Source of the DNA: Hyalangium minutum
Lineage (GTDB): Bacteria; Myxococcota; Myxococcia; Myxococcales; Myxococcaceae
Length of the DNA stretch: 64,000 nt
Assembly: GCF_000737315.1 (NCBI RefSeq)
Contig: NZ_JMCB01000010.1
Coordinates: 124,001-188,000, forward strand
Reading direction: 5' to 3'
Part shown: positions 20,838 to 29,693 of the stretch, piece after piece
Numbering within the stretch: the first letter of the stretch is position 1
Layout of the letters: each line of letters begins with the position of its first letter
Notes under the pieces: generated by a model
Databases searched by the model: none
What the model saw: only the letters and a program-made list of their open reading frames with translations
Told to the model about the DNA's origin: nothing
Position numbers and translations under genes: made by a program

Positions 20838-21662
20838 ATGGCCCCCACCCGACACCCGGAAGCTGGAACGAGCGCCCGCAAGCCCCCGATGCCGCCCCGT
20901 CAATGGGAGGCTCTGCCCAAGGCGCCCGCTGCCACCTCGCAGCGTCAGGCGTATGTCCCGCTGCCGCCTCCGGTGCCGGGCCCCTGGGATGACTCGGGAG
21001 AGGGCGTCATCACCTCCTCGCTGCGCGCCCCGGAGGATCTGCCACTGCCGGGCGTGGCAGGGCTGACGGAGTTCGCGCAGCAGGGCGTGCTCATGGCCGA
21101 TCTCCTGCGCGAGACGTTCGCGCACCGGCGCTATGGTCCGGCCCGGTACCGGCTCCACATCGAGGAGCCTGCGGGCCCCAGCACCGGAGGAGGCCGCCAG
21201 GCCCGGCAGCCGCTCACGCTCGTGTCGCGCCGCGAGCCGGTGCCCGCGATCGTCTGCGGCTGGGTGGACGTGGCCCAGAAGGAGGCCCAGGTCCGCAGCT
21301 ACGGCATCGTGGCTCAGCGCTACGAGGACCGCCATGGCTACCCGCCCAAGCTCACCGAGGAGGAGTATGAGCGGTTCCTCGACAAGCTCATGGACACGTT
21401 GTTCGACGGAGGCTTCCAGATCCTCCACCTCGTCTCGGACGAGAACTCCAGCCGGGCCCTGCGGGGTGCGCGCTGGCTGATGCGCTCCTGCCGCCCGAGC
21501 CTGCGCGTGTCCTTGCTGGGGGTGGGGGCGTTCGCGCTCGGCCTGAACGCGGAGCGGCTGGTGCCCGGGATTCAGCAGATGCCCGGCTGGCTCGCGCAGG
21601 CGGGAAGTTGGCTCGTCCACCTTCCCACCTGGCTTCACTCCGTGGCGTACGGCTTCCGCTGA
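20838..21662 (+). CDS. Hypothetical protein with C-terminal hydrophobic segment
   Basis: AAAGGAG ribosome-binding site upstream; GC3-biased ORF; Pro-rich N-terminus. Confidence 0.75.
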   Translation: MAPTRHPEAGTSARKPPMPPRQWEALPKAPAATSQRQAYVPLPPPVPGPWDDSGEGVITSSLRAPEDLPLPGVAGLTEFAQQGVLMADLLRETFAHRRYGPARYRLHIEEPAGPSTGGGRQARQPLTLVSRREPVPAIVCGWVDVAQKEAQVRSYGIVAQRYEDRHGYPPKLTEEEYERFLDKLMDTLFDGGFQILHLVSDENSSRALRGARWLMRSCRPSLRVSLLGVGAFALGLNAERLVPGIQQMPGWLAQAGSWLVHLPTWLHSVAYGFR

Positions 21663-21668
21663 TCCCCT

Positions 21669-22187
21669 CTACTGACTCGGCGTCTGGCGGCTGGGGTCCT
21701 GCAGCGGCGGCGGCTGGATGGTGAAGCTGCCGGCGGACGGCTGCTGGAGATAGTTGTACACGCTCGACTGAGGGAGGACGTCACTCCCTCCCAAGGGCTG
21801 CTGCCCGAAGCTGCCCGGCTGCTGGAGGCTGTAGCTGCCCACCAACGGTTGCTGGAGGCTATAGCTCCCCGCCATCGGCTGCTGGAGGCTATAGCTGCCC
21901 ACCAACGGCTGCTGGAGGCTGTAGCTCCCTGCCATCGGCTGCTGAAGGCTGTAGCTCCCCGCCATCGGCTGCTGAAGGCTGTAGCTCCCCGCCATCGGCT
22001 GCTGCGAGGCGAAGGTGCTCGTGAGCGACTGCTGCGGACTGATTGTGCCCGGAAGCGGCTGCTGCGGGTTGTACGTGTTCGAGGGGAACTGCTGCTGTGT
22101 GTCAGTGTCGAGTTGCTGGGCACCGGCTGTCTGAGCCACTCCCCAGGCCGCCAGGGCGGCGACCGCTGCCAGAATTCCTCTTCGCAT
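21669..22187 (-). CDS. Secreted Gln/Ser/Tyr/Gly-rich tandem-repeat protein
   Basis: Signal peptide MRRGILAAVAALAAWGVAQTAGA; decapeptide QQP(M/L)(A/V)GSYSL repeats; GGAG ribosome-binding site upstream. Confidence 0.75.
   Translation of the reverse strand: MRRGILAAVAALAAWGVAQTAGAQQLDTDTQQQFPSNTYNPQQPLPGTISPQQSLTSTFASQQPMAGSYSLQQPMAGSYSLQQPMAGSYSLQQPLVGSYSLQQPMAGSYSLQQPLVGSYSLQQPGSFGQQPLGGSDVLPQSSVYNYLQQPSAGSFTIQPPPLQDPSRQTPSQ
21818..22004. repeat. Tandem 30-bp coding repeat, 6 copies plus a partial
   Basis: Units GCTGCTG(G/A)AGGCT(G/A)TAGCT(C/G)CC..CCA.CG are adjacent with no spacers. Confidence 0.95.
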
Positions 22188-22331
22188 GCTCTCTCCTCCG
22201 CGCAGTGTGGAGGCCGGCTGCTTAGCAGCCGCGCCCATCCACGGTGGCGCTCGCGTTCCCACTCAAAGGTGGGCGTGCAAAAGGCCCCGAGCAACAGGGC
22301 CTTCTGGCGGAGGCGAGACCGCTCGCTCTGA

Positions 22332-22718
22332 TTAGTAGAAGCGCAGCGAGGTGGCCCGGTTGTCGAACGACGCGGGCATATTCGCGCTCGTGGGCGCGGC
22401 GTGGGAGTCGCCCGTGCAGAGACGCCCGTCGAAGAAGATGGCTCCGCAGCCAGCCAGCCGGAACGACGAGGTGAGGTTGTCCGACTGCAAAGGCAAGGTG
22501 ATGCACTCCCCCACGGCCCCCGTCACCGGGAACGGAGCCAGCGAGGGCCCCGAGAAGTTGGCTCCGTCCAGCAGGTACGCGTAGCAGGTCGCCATCGCGG
22601 AGACCCGGCCGTCCTCGGCAACGGGAGCAATCTCCTCCGGCTCCGTCTCCGCCCCACCGCAAGCGGCCAGCGACAGCACCAGACAAGATCCCAGCAGCTT
22701 CAGGCTCAGCTTCTTCAT
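22332..22718 (-). CDS. Beta/gamma-crystallin-like (Protein S-like) lipoprotein
   Basis: Lipobox LAAC; Greek-key-like pairs YLLDGANFSG...DNLTSSFRL and FFDGRLCTG...FDNRATSLRFY. Confidence 0.7.
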   Translation of the reverse strand: MKKLSLKLLGSCLVLSLAACGGAETEPEEIAPVAEDGRVSAMATCYAYLLDGANFSGPSLAPFPVTGAVGECITLPLQSDNLTSSFRLAGCGAIFFDGRLCTGDSHAAPTSANMPASFDNRATSLRFY

Positions 22719-22871
22719 GGCGTTCCTCCCGAATGAGAGCCTTCCGCTGCGCTCAGCAGTCCAAGGCTCGAGGGCTCATGCCTCTCGTCGAGAGGAACGA
22801 GGCTTCGGGAGAATATTCCCAGCCCATTTCTTTTGGGAATTCCATTTTTTCAGGGAATTCAGGTGCGCCGT

Positions 22872-23222
22872 TCATCCGGCCTTCAGCCGGACCCACGTGG
22901 CGCCCCACCCTCCATCGGCCTCACTGGCGGACTGGAAGGACTCGACCTCGGGCAGCTTCGGGAGCAGCGCGTGGACAGTGCGGCGCAGCGCGCCCGTGCC
23001 CTTCCCGTGGATGATCCGCACGTCGAGGATGCCCCTCTGGCGGCAGGCCCACAGGTACTCGGTGACCAGATCCTTCACGTCGCGAGGGTGAAAAAGATGC
23101 AGGTCCAAATTGCCGTCGACTGGAACTTCGACCACCTCGTCTTCGAAGGGGGCTCCCTCCTCAGAGGGCACTTCCTCCGGAGGAGGCGGGGGCTGCGATG
23201 GCTCGGTCGGTCGGCGGCTCAT
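22872..23222 (-). CDS. Stand-alone Smr/MutS2 domain protein
   Basis: LDLHLFH, VRIIHGKGTGALR, GGWGATWVRL. Confidence 0.92.
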   Translation of the reverse strand: MSRRPTEPSQPPPPPEEVPSEEGAPFEDEVVEVPVDGNLDLHLFHPRDVKDLVTEYLWACRQRGILDVRIIHGKGTGALRRTVHALLPKLPEVESFQSASEADGGWGATWVRLKAG

Positions 23223-23451
23223 AGAAGCCCTCGGCTTCGCGGCGCTTGCGCTCGGCATCCAACCGGGCGCGCTCACGGGCCTCGCGGAACTGTTGCTTCA
23301 GCGAGGTCACCTCCGTCTTCAGGGCGGAGAAATGTTTTCCTACTTCCTTCGGAGTATTGCCTGCCTGAGAGGGACCGCCCGCCCGCCCGCTACCGGCGCC
23401 GCCGGCTGACGTCAGCTGGACCACGAGTGCCGCCATCATCAAAGGCTTCAT
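23161..23451 (-). CDS. Small hypothetical protein, possibly secreted
   Basis: AGGGAG ribosome-binding site before ATG 23451; hydrophobic N-terminus and coiled coil. Overlaps the Smr gene by about 60 bp, so uncertain. Confidence 0.45.
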   Translation of the reverse strand: MKPLMMAALVVQLTSAGGAGSGRAGGPSQAGNTPKEVGKHFSALKTEVTSLKQQFREARERARLDAERKRREAEGFYEPPTDRAIAAPASSGGSAL

Positions 23452-23501
23452 GCTCTCCCTCTTAGCAAGAGCCATGCACAACCTGCCACGTCTTCCAGGC
23501 G

Positions 23502-24566
23502 TCAAACCGGCGACCCACCTTGATCATGTGACGCATCGCGGCGCGCAGCCAGGACCCGGTCGATACTTTCCGCTAGTTTGAGTGCCGACAATGGGGCGCT
23601 GCCCTCGGCCTTGTTGTTGATGATCACGAAGGAAGGCAGGCCTTTGAGCGAAGCCGCCGCGCAGATTCCGGCCAGGGCCTCGCGGGTGACAGCGTCTTCG
23701 TCCGCCAGCCGGTTGAACGGGGCATAGCGGGCGTAGGCCTCCTCGTAGCCGAGGTGCGGCGGCAACATCCAACGTGCCACCAGGGCTGCGCAGTCGAGCG
23801 CCCGGGTGCGTAAGGCCTGATGCACCACTGGAGGCATCTGGCGCCACGCCGAGAGCACCGGGCACACGCCCAGTTCCGAGAGCACCTGGGCAAAGCCCTC
23901 GGTGAGCAGCTCCTCGTTGCGGACCTCCACGGCGTACAGCGGCCCGCGAGGCAGCGCGGCGAAGAAGGCATGGAGGCGCTCGACGAAGCGCGCCGGGCCT
24001 CCGAAGCCCCGCGTGTCCTGGGGAGGGAACTGGAACACGAGCGGCCCGGCCTTCTCTCCCAGTCCCTCCACGAAGGGCGCCACCACCATGTCCGCCGCGT
24101 AGCTGGCCTGGAGGAACCGATCATTGGGCTGCCCTCGGTGGACGCCGTAGCGCTCGTGCAGCGGGTAGCGGGCGAGCGTGCACACCTCGTGTGCCTTCAC
24201 GAGGAAGCGGAAGTCCGCGGGCACCTGCGCGGCGTACTCGGCGAAGGTGAAGGCGGAGATGGGGCTGTAGAAGGTCCGGTCGATTCCCACCGTGCGCAGC
24301 ACCGGGTGCCGCGAGTACGCCGCGAGCCCATCCCGCGCCAGTGTCGATGCCGCAGCCTCCCGGTCGTAGACGATGCCCGACCAGCCCGGGAAGGCCCACG
24401 AAGAGGTGCCCAGGTACACCCCGTGGGGCAGGTGCTCTCCCAGGGCGCGCACGAGGTCCGGCACGGGCGCGGGGCCCACCGGCTCCGCCTTGCGCGAGCG
24501 GCGCCCCGGTGTCTCGGACACGGCGCCGGTGAAGAGATCGAGCTGAGAGGGTCCTCGTTGGGACAT
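23502..24566 (-). CDS. DUF72 family protein
   Basis: YLGTSSWAFPGW, DRTFY, FRFLVKA, LVFQFPP, AVEVRN, VIINNKAEGSAP. Confidence 0.93.
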   Translation of the reverse strand: MSQRGPSQLDLFTGAVSETPGRRSRKAEPVGPAPVPDLVRALGEHLPHGVYLGTSSWAFPGWSGIVYDREAAASTLARDGLAAYSRHPVLRTVGIDRTFYSPISAFTFAEYAAQVPADFRFLVKAHEVCTLARYPLHERYGVHRGQPNDRFLQASYAADMVVAPFVEGLGEKAGPLVFQFPPQDTRGFGGPARFVERLHAFFAALPRGPLYAVEVRNEELLTEGFAQVLSELGVCPVLSAWRQMPPVVHQALRTRALDCAALVARWMLPPHLGYEEAYARYAPFNRLADEDAVTREALAGICAAASLKGLPSFVIINNKAEGSAPLSALKLAESIDRVLAARRDASHDQGGSPV

Positions 24567-24749
24567 GAGCGGCTCCTACGGAAGGCTGGGCACCTGGCCA
24601 CCGGAGACAGCCCGGCAGCCCGTGAAGGCGCGAGATAACGCCTGCACGGATAGAATGCACCAGGTAGGGTTCGCTTTGCCCAACTCCTGACGTAGGCCGC
24701 CTGGGCACGGGGCAGCCGAGTTCCCTTGCCTTTGGAGTGCGCCGGGGGG

Positions 24750-25673
24750 TTACACCTTGAGGCGGATGGCGCCGGGCAGCACCGTCATCTTCGCGGGCAG
24801 CCGGCCCGGAACCTCTCCATCCACCTCGATGAGGACCTCGCGGCCGTCCGCGCTCTCCGCCTCGAAGGAGTGGCACTGCAGCCGCTTCGTGCCCTTCCAC
24901 GTCACGTGCTCGCCGCTGTAGACGCCCTTGGACTTGAAGAGGAACGTGCTCAGCGTGTAGCCGGACCAGATCGTCACATCGAAGAGCCCATCGTACGTGA
25001 GCGCATCCGGCGCCACGTTCATGCCACTGCCGAAGTAGCGGCCGTTGGCCACCGCCACCACGTTGACGGGGAGCACCATCTCGTCCCCACCGTTCGCCTT
25101 GAGCTTCACCGTGGGCGGATCGAACCGGAACATGCCCTTCACCGTGCCCCACACGAAGGCCGTGTTGCCGCCCAGTGACTTGCTGCTCTTGTTCACCTCG
25201 TTGGCCACGAACGCGCTCACCCCCAGCGAGGCGATGTTCGCGTAGTAGCGCCGGTCCTGCTTGCCCTCGTGGTTGATGAACTCCACGAGCCCCACGTCAA
25301 AGGGCTCCGTCTTCTCCGTGCGCAGCCGCGTCAGCGCCGCGTCCAGTTCCAGGTCCCACCCGAACGCCCGGCGGAAGTCGCCACCCGTGCCACGAGGGAT
25401 GACGCCCAGCGCCGCGTTCGGGTTGAGGGCCTTGCCTTCGTGGAAGAAGCCGTTGACCACCTCGTTGATGGTCCCGTCCCCGCCCACCGCGACGACGCAC
25501 TCGTAGCCATCCTGGAGCGCCCTGCGGGCGATGCGTGCCGCATCCATCGCCCCCGAGGTGAACTCATGCCCGAACTCGCCCAGGGCCCGGCTCACCTTGG
25601 CGGACAGTTCCGCCCAGCGCTTGCCGGTGGCACCGCCAGCGCTGCGCGGGTTGACCACGAGGAACGTCTTCAT
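24750..25673 (-). CDS. Diacylglycerol/lipid kinase (YegS/DagK-like)
   Basis: VVNPRSAGG, AVGGDGTINEVVNG, IPRGTGGDF, ANGRYFGSGM, VDGE. Confidence 0.95.
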   Translation of the reverse strand: MKTFLVVNPRSAGGATGKRWAELSAKVSRALGEFGHEFTSGAMDAARIARRALQDGYECVVAVGGDGTINEVVNGFFHEGKALNPNAALGVIPRGTGGDFRRAFGWDLELDAALTRLRTEKTEPFDVGLVEFINHEGKQDRRYYANIASLGVSAFVANEVNKSSKSLGGNTAFVWGTVKGMFRFDPPTVKLKANGGDEMVLPVNVVAVANGRYFGSGMNVAPDALTYDGLFDVTIWSGYTLSTFLFKSKGVYSGEHVTWKGTKRLQCHSFEAESADGREVLIEVDGEVPGRLPAKMTVLPGAIRLKV

Positions 25674-26932
25674 GCTGCCCCTCTCCTCCTGCCTGACTGA
25701 TGAGGGCCGGTACCATACTCCGAATCAACCGGGACACTGAGCAGGACCGCGAAGAGGCAGAGCTCGGCGGGACGCGCGAGGGGAAAGTCCACGAGCGCTC
25801 GGGCGGCCAGGGCTACCAGGGCGGCCAGAGCAGCTCGACCTCTCGCGTCCGGAGCCTGACGCGCCGCGCGCAGGGCTGCCAGCAGCAGCAGGAGCCTCGG
25901 TGCAGTGCCCACGAGCCCCAGCTCCAGGAGCCACTCGAGGTAGTCGAGGTGCGCGTGATCCTGCAGCGCGGCAAAGCGCTCCTTCTCCGAGGAGTCCTCT
26001 CGCGCCGACCAGTACTCCGCCTCCCACAGGGGCCAGAGCACCTCGAAGCTCCCCGGCCCGTGACCGAACACGGGCGCGTCCAGCACATGCGGAGCGGCGA
26101 CGCCCCAGAGATAGCGCCGACCCGCGAGCGCGGCGCTGGGCGAGCGTCCCGAGGCGGAGAGCAGCAAGAGCGCCCCTGCGGCCACCGCCGCCAGCATGAA
26201 GCCCCACCGCCGTCCCCTCCTCCCCTGTTCCAGCCCAACCTTCGGAGTGGGCGCACGGCTCCACAGCAGGCTCAGAGCCGCGGCTCCCAGTGCGAGCAAC
26301 GAGCCCCAGGAGCGAGTCGAGGCCAGCGCGCAGAGCTGAAGCACGGCGGCGGCAATCCACCCTCTGCGGACCATCGTCCGCTCTGCGGAGACAGCCTCGC
26401 CCACGGTGACACAGAGGCTCGCGCCCAGGTATGCGGCCACGAAGTCCGGGTTGCCGAGCGTGCCGTAGATGCGCATCCGCTCGCCGGGATGCGCCCCGGC
26501 CCACCCCATCCATAGAAAGGGATCCGCCCCAAGCGCCTGGAGCCCCGCCACCAGCGCGAGCCCCGTCCCCGCTCCCGCGATGGCGCGGAATACCGGAGCC
26601 CATGGAGGCGGCGCCTGGAGCAGTGCCAGGACCACCAGCCCCGCTGCGGCCTCCAGCCACATCCCTCCGGGAACCGCCGCGGGCCCCAGCAACGCGGAGA
26701 GCGCGAGCGTGCCGAGCCACAGCCCGGCCAACACCCTCGGAGCGAGCGCCGCGGGCCCAGCGGCCGGCATCCAGACGCTCTGGAGCAGCAGCACGACGGA
26801 GCCCGCCAGCAGCAGGCCCGTCTTCACGCCGGAGAACGGAGCCTCGCCTCCGGGCGCGACCGCGAACGTCACCGCGACAATGAGCGCGGGGACGAGCCAT
26901 CGGGAGAGGCGCTCCCCTACCGCTCCACGCAT
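25670..26932 (-). CDS. O-antigen ligase / Wzy_C family membrane protein (possible O-oligosaccharyltransferase)
   Basis: Multiple TM helices; RIYGTLGNPDF, STRSWG, PVFGHGPGSF, HAHLDYLEWLLELGLVG. Confidence 0.88.
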   Translation of the reverse strand: MRGAVGERLSRWLVPALIVAVTFAVAPGGEAPFSGVKTGLLLAGSVVLLLQSVWMPAAGPAALAPRVLAGLWLGTLALSALLGPAAVPGGMWLEAAAGLVVLALLQAPPPWAPVFRAIAGAGTGLALVAGLQALGADPFLWMGWAGAHPGERMRIYGTLGNPDFVAAYLGASLCVTVGEAVSAERTMVRRGWIAAAVLQLCALASTRSWGSLLALGAAALSLLWSRAPTPKVGLEQGRRGRRWGFMLAAVAAGALLLLSASGRSPSAALAGRRYLWGVAAPHVLDAPVFGHGPGSFEVLWPLWEAEYWSAREDSSEKERFAALQDHAHLDYLEWLLELGLVGTAPRLLLLLAALRAARQAPDARGRAALAALVALAARALVDFPLARPAELCLFAVLLSVPVDSEYGTGPHQSGRRRGAA

Positions 26933-26974
26933 GAAGCGCCTCTCTCCCGAAACGGAGCCCCGAGGGGCTCGCGG

Positions 26975-28054
26975 CTACTTCGTGGCCGTGACCGTGCCGG
27001 TGACGTTCACCTCACCCGGCGCGCCACAGTTGGTGCCCCGGCCCGTCACCTTGCCCTCGTTCACCGCCAGTTGCAGAGCCTGGCAGCCCACGGCGGAGGC
27101 GATCGCCTTCTTCTCACCCGCCTGCGACTGGGTCTGCACGCGCTGCGAGAGCGCCGTCATCTCCGCCGTGTACTTCTGGATGCAGCCACCCATCTGGGCC
27201 GGCGGGAGCTTCATGCACTCGGCCTGCATCTTCGCCTGGATGGCCGCTGCGGCCTGCTGGTTGTCCTGGCTCTTGAACGCCTTGCCGGACTCGTTCATCG
27301 CCTGATCCGAGGCGGCCTGCTCCTCCGCCGTCCGCTGCACGGTCACCTGGTAGCCGTCGAACGTCCGCTCCACCTTCACTTCGCGGGAGCCCAGGGACTT
27401 GCCGCCCTTGTCGAACCAATCGGAGGTTCCAGAGATGAGGTCCGTGTCCGGCTTGGCCGCCGTCTTCATGCGCGCCTTCCAGCCGTTGGCGAGCGACAGC
27501 TCCCAGTTGTAGTTGCCAATCACCCGGAACGCGACCCGCCGCGCGGACGCCAGGCTCACCGGGGAGATGATGCGCAGATCACACGGCCCCGCCGGAGCCG
27601 CGGTCGTCACCTTCACCCGCACCTCGGCGTTGCTCTCGGTGATCTTCTCCGAGATCACCTCCACGCCTTGGCACTCCACGGTGGACAGAGAGCCGGGCAG
27701 GAAGCGGCCCGTGGCGGAGAGGGTTGCCTCGGTGCCCACGGCGACGAAGCCCGCCGCGCCGCCCGGAGAGCCCCCCGGAGCGCTGCCGCCCGCGGCCCCC
27801 CCACCCTTGCCCTTCGACTTGGGCGGCTCATCCGGCGAGCCGCCGCCGCCAGCGGTCACCAACGCGATCTCGGGCGTGGGGTACTTGGCGAAGAGAGCCT
27901 TGCGGTCCAGCTTCTGCGCTTGGCGCTCCTTCTGGGCCTTGTCCTGGAACGACTTCAGGCGGCTCTGCTGATCACTGGAAGCCGAACGCACTTCGGCGGC
28001 GCCGAGCAGCCCCACCAGGGCCAGCGCGGCAGCGAGAAAACGAGAGCGGTTCAT
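26975..28054 (-). CDS. Secreted hypothetical protein
   Basis: Signal peptide MNRSRFLAAALALVGLLGAAEVRS; several Cys pairs. Confidence 0.8.
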   Translation of the reverse strand: MNRSRFLAAALALVGLLGAAEVRSASSDQQSRLKSFQDKAQKERQAQKLDRKALFAKYPTPEIALVTAGGGGSPDEPPKSKGKGGGAAGGSAPGGSPGGAAGFVAVGTEATLSATGRFLPGSLSTVECQGVEVISEKITESNAEVRVKVTTAAPAGPCDLRIISPVSLASARRVAFRVIGNYNWELSLANGWKARMKTAAKPDTDLISGTSDWFDKGGKSLGSREVKVERTFDGYQVTVQRTAEEQAASDQAMNESGKAFKSQDNQQAAAAIQAKMQAECMKLPPAQMGGCIQKYTAEMTALSQRVQTQSQAGEKKAIASAVGCQALQLAVNEGKVTGRGTNCGAPGEVNVTGTVTATK

Positions 28055-28148
28055 GGAGAGAGAGACTCCTCGAGGCAGGGAGGGGCCCCTGCCGGCCTGG
28101 AGCCCCAGGCGCCCCGGCCCTTAGGCCATGGGCGCCCCGGCCATCCTG

Positions 28149-28346
28149 TCACGGGATGGCCAGGTTGAGCATGAAATAGATACCCGCCAGGTAGCGGTCC
28201 AGCGCGTTCATCAGCGAGGGCAGGATGATGATGATGCCCACCCCGCCGCCCATCGCCAGGGCGAACATGACGGCCGAGTACTCGACCATGGCCTGGCCGC
28301 GCAGCTTGCGGGCCGGCCGAGCCACCACCGGAAGCTTAGTGCTCAT
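28149..28346 (-). CDS. Flp/Tad-type pilin
   Basis: Class III signal RKLRG/QAMVEY (E at +5, Y at +6) followed by a hydrophobic helix; about 65 aa. Confidence 0.8.
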   Translation of the reverse strand: MSTKLPVVARPARKLRGQAMVEYSAVMFALAMGGGVGIIIILPSLMNALDRYLAGIYFMLNLAIP

Positions 28347-28752
28347 CCCCATGACCCTCCCCGCCGCCGTTCTTCGCCGCGGCGTCCTTGGCCGCCTGAT
28401 ACCCCGCCGGCGGCTTGATGCGCTCCATCATGTACTGCTTGTCCACGCGGCCCTTCTCCTTGCAACTGCCGTAGCAGGCGTCCACCACTTGCTTGGCGTT
28501 GTTGGAGCACATCTGCTGGGCCTGCTTGTTGGAGCCCGCGGACTTCTTGCACGGGTCCACCATCACCTTCTCGATGACCTTGCACTGGTCGGCGCACGTC
28601 TTCGGCCGGTCGGCCTCCGTGAGCGGCGACTCGGGGATGTTGGGCATCTGCTTCTGCTGCTTCTCGGTCAGCGGCTTCTTCGGGCCCGTTTGGGCCAGGG
28701 CGCCGCCAGAGGCCAGCAGCACGCTCAGGGCGATGATTCGAAGGGCGTTCAA
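28336..28752 (-). CDS. Secreted Cys-rich hypothetical protein
   Basis: TTG start after AGAGGAG; signal peptide; CADQC...DPC...MC...ACYGSC. Confidence 0.75.
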   Translation of the reverse strand: MNALRIIALSVLLASGGALAQTGPKKPLTEKQQKQMPNIPESPLTEADRPKTCADQCKVIEKVMVDPCKKSAGSNKQAQQMCSNNAKQVVDACYGSCKEKGRVDKQYMMERIKPPAGYQAAKDAAAKNGGGEGHGDEH

Positions 28753-28763
28753 AGGTGTCTCCT

Positions 28764-29693
28764 CTACTGGAGCCAGACAAGGCTCACGGCGACGGTATTG
28801 GGCTCGGTGTGGGACTTGGCGGTCAGCGTCAGCAGTCCCCCATTCTTCTCATAAGTCTCAGAGTCCTGCTGGGCGCTGCCTCCCATGGGGGCGTAGCCGT
28901 GCTGGGGCAGCTGCTTGCGGTAGAACTCGCGCACGCTCTCGGGCGAGGCGTCCTTCACCAAGAAGAAGGCCGTGCGCGAGGTAGCGCCCGGCTCCATCTG
29001 CTGGATGGAGGAGGCGGCCTGCGCGTTGGCCGGCACCGGCAGCCCATCCGGCAGTTGCGGCTTCTGGATGAGGATGTTCTCCGGGTTGCCCACCGAGGCC
29101 AGGATGACGGTGCCGGTGCGGTTGGGCACCAGCGTCACCGTCTTCAGGTTCTTGCTGCTGGTGGGCCGGAAGCTCAGGTAGCGAACCCCAGGCGAGTGCG
29201 GCACGTTGCCCACCAGCGGCCGGAAGCCCATCCGCTCGAACGTCTCGAAGTACGCCTTCTCCACCACCGCGGGAGCGTCGTCGACGATCAGCGTGGCGAT
29301 GTTCATCTTCGCCCCGTTGATGATCGTCTGCTCGCCCATGGGCTCGGGACGCAGCCCTCGATAGACGCTGAACGAGAACGGATCCGGATCTGGAGGCTCG
29401 GGCTGCTCCTCCTGGGCCGCGGCGAACTGCTTGGCCACGTGCGCCTTCCACTCCTCGTCGGACATCTGCGACGCCGTCCCCGGCTGGGGAGCGGCGCAGG
29501 TGCCACCACCTCCGGGCGCGCCACAGGCGGAGCACGATCCGCCCTCCGCGGCCGGAGGCTGCGAGGAGGCCGCGGCCGCCGGAGCCGCCGAGGCCTTGGA
29601 CACAGAAGCCGCCGGGGCGCTAGCCGCCCCACCGGCGAATGACGGGGCAGCCACCAGCAGGGCGGCAGCCAGGGTGAAGGACTTCAGAAGCAA
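28764..29693 (-). CDS. Secreted hypothetical protein
   Basis: Likely start is TTG 29693 (GGAG upstream), giving LLLKSFTLAAALLVAAPSFA signal peptide. The upstream part of track ORF 28764..30407 overlaps the TadE-like gene and is treated as spurious. Confidence 0.75.
   Translation of the reverse strand: MLLKSFTLAAALLVAAPSFAGGAASAPAASVSKASAAPAAAASSQPPAAEGGSCSACGAPGGGGTCAAPQPGTASQMSDEEWKAHVAKQFAAAQEEQPEPPDPDPFSFSVYRGLRPEPMGEQTIINGAKMNIATLIVDDAPAVVEKAYFETFERMGFRPLVGNVPHSPGVRYLSFRPTSSKNLKTVTLVPNRTGTVILASVGNPENILIQKPQLPDGLPVPANAQAASSIQQMEPGATSRTAFFLVKDASPESVREFYRKQLPQHGYAPMGGSAQQDSETYEKNGGLLTLTAKSHTEPNTVAVSLVWLQ

Noticed and set aside
21818-22004. 30-bp repeats as a possible CRISPR array
   Set aside because: The units are adjacent with no unique spacers, stay in frame within a CDS, and have no cas genes nearby.
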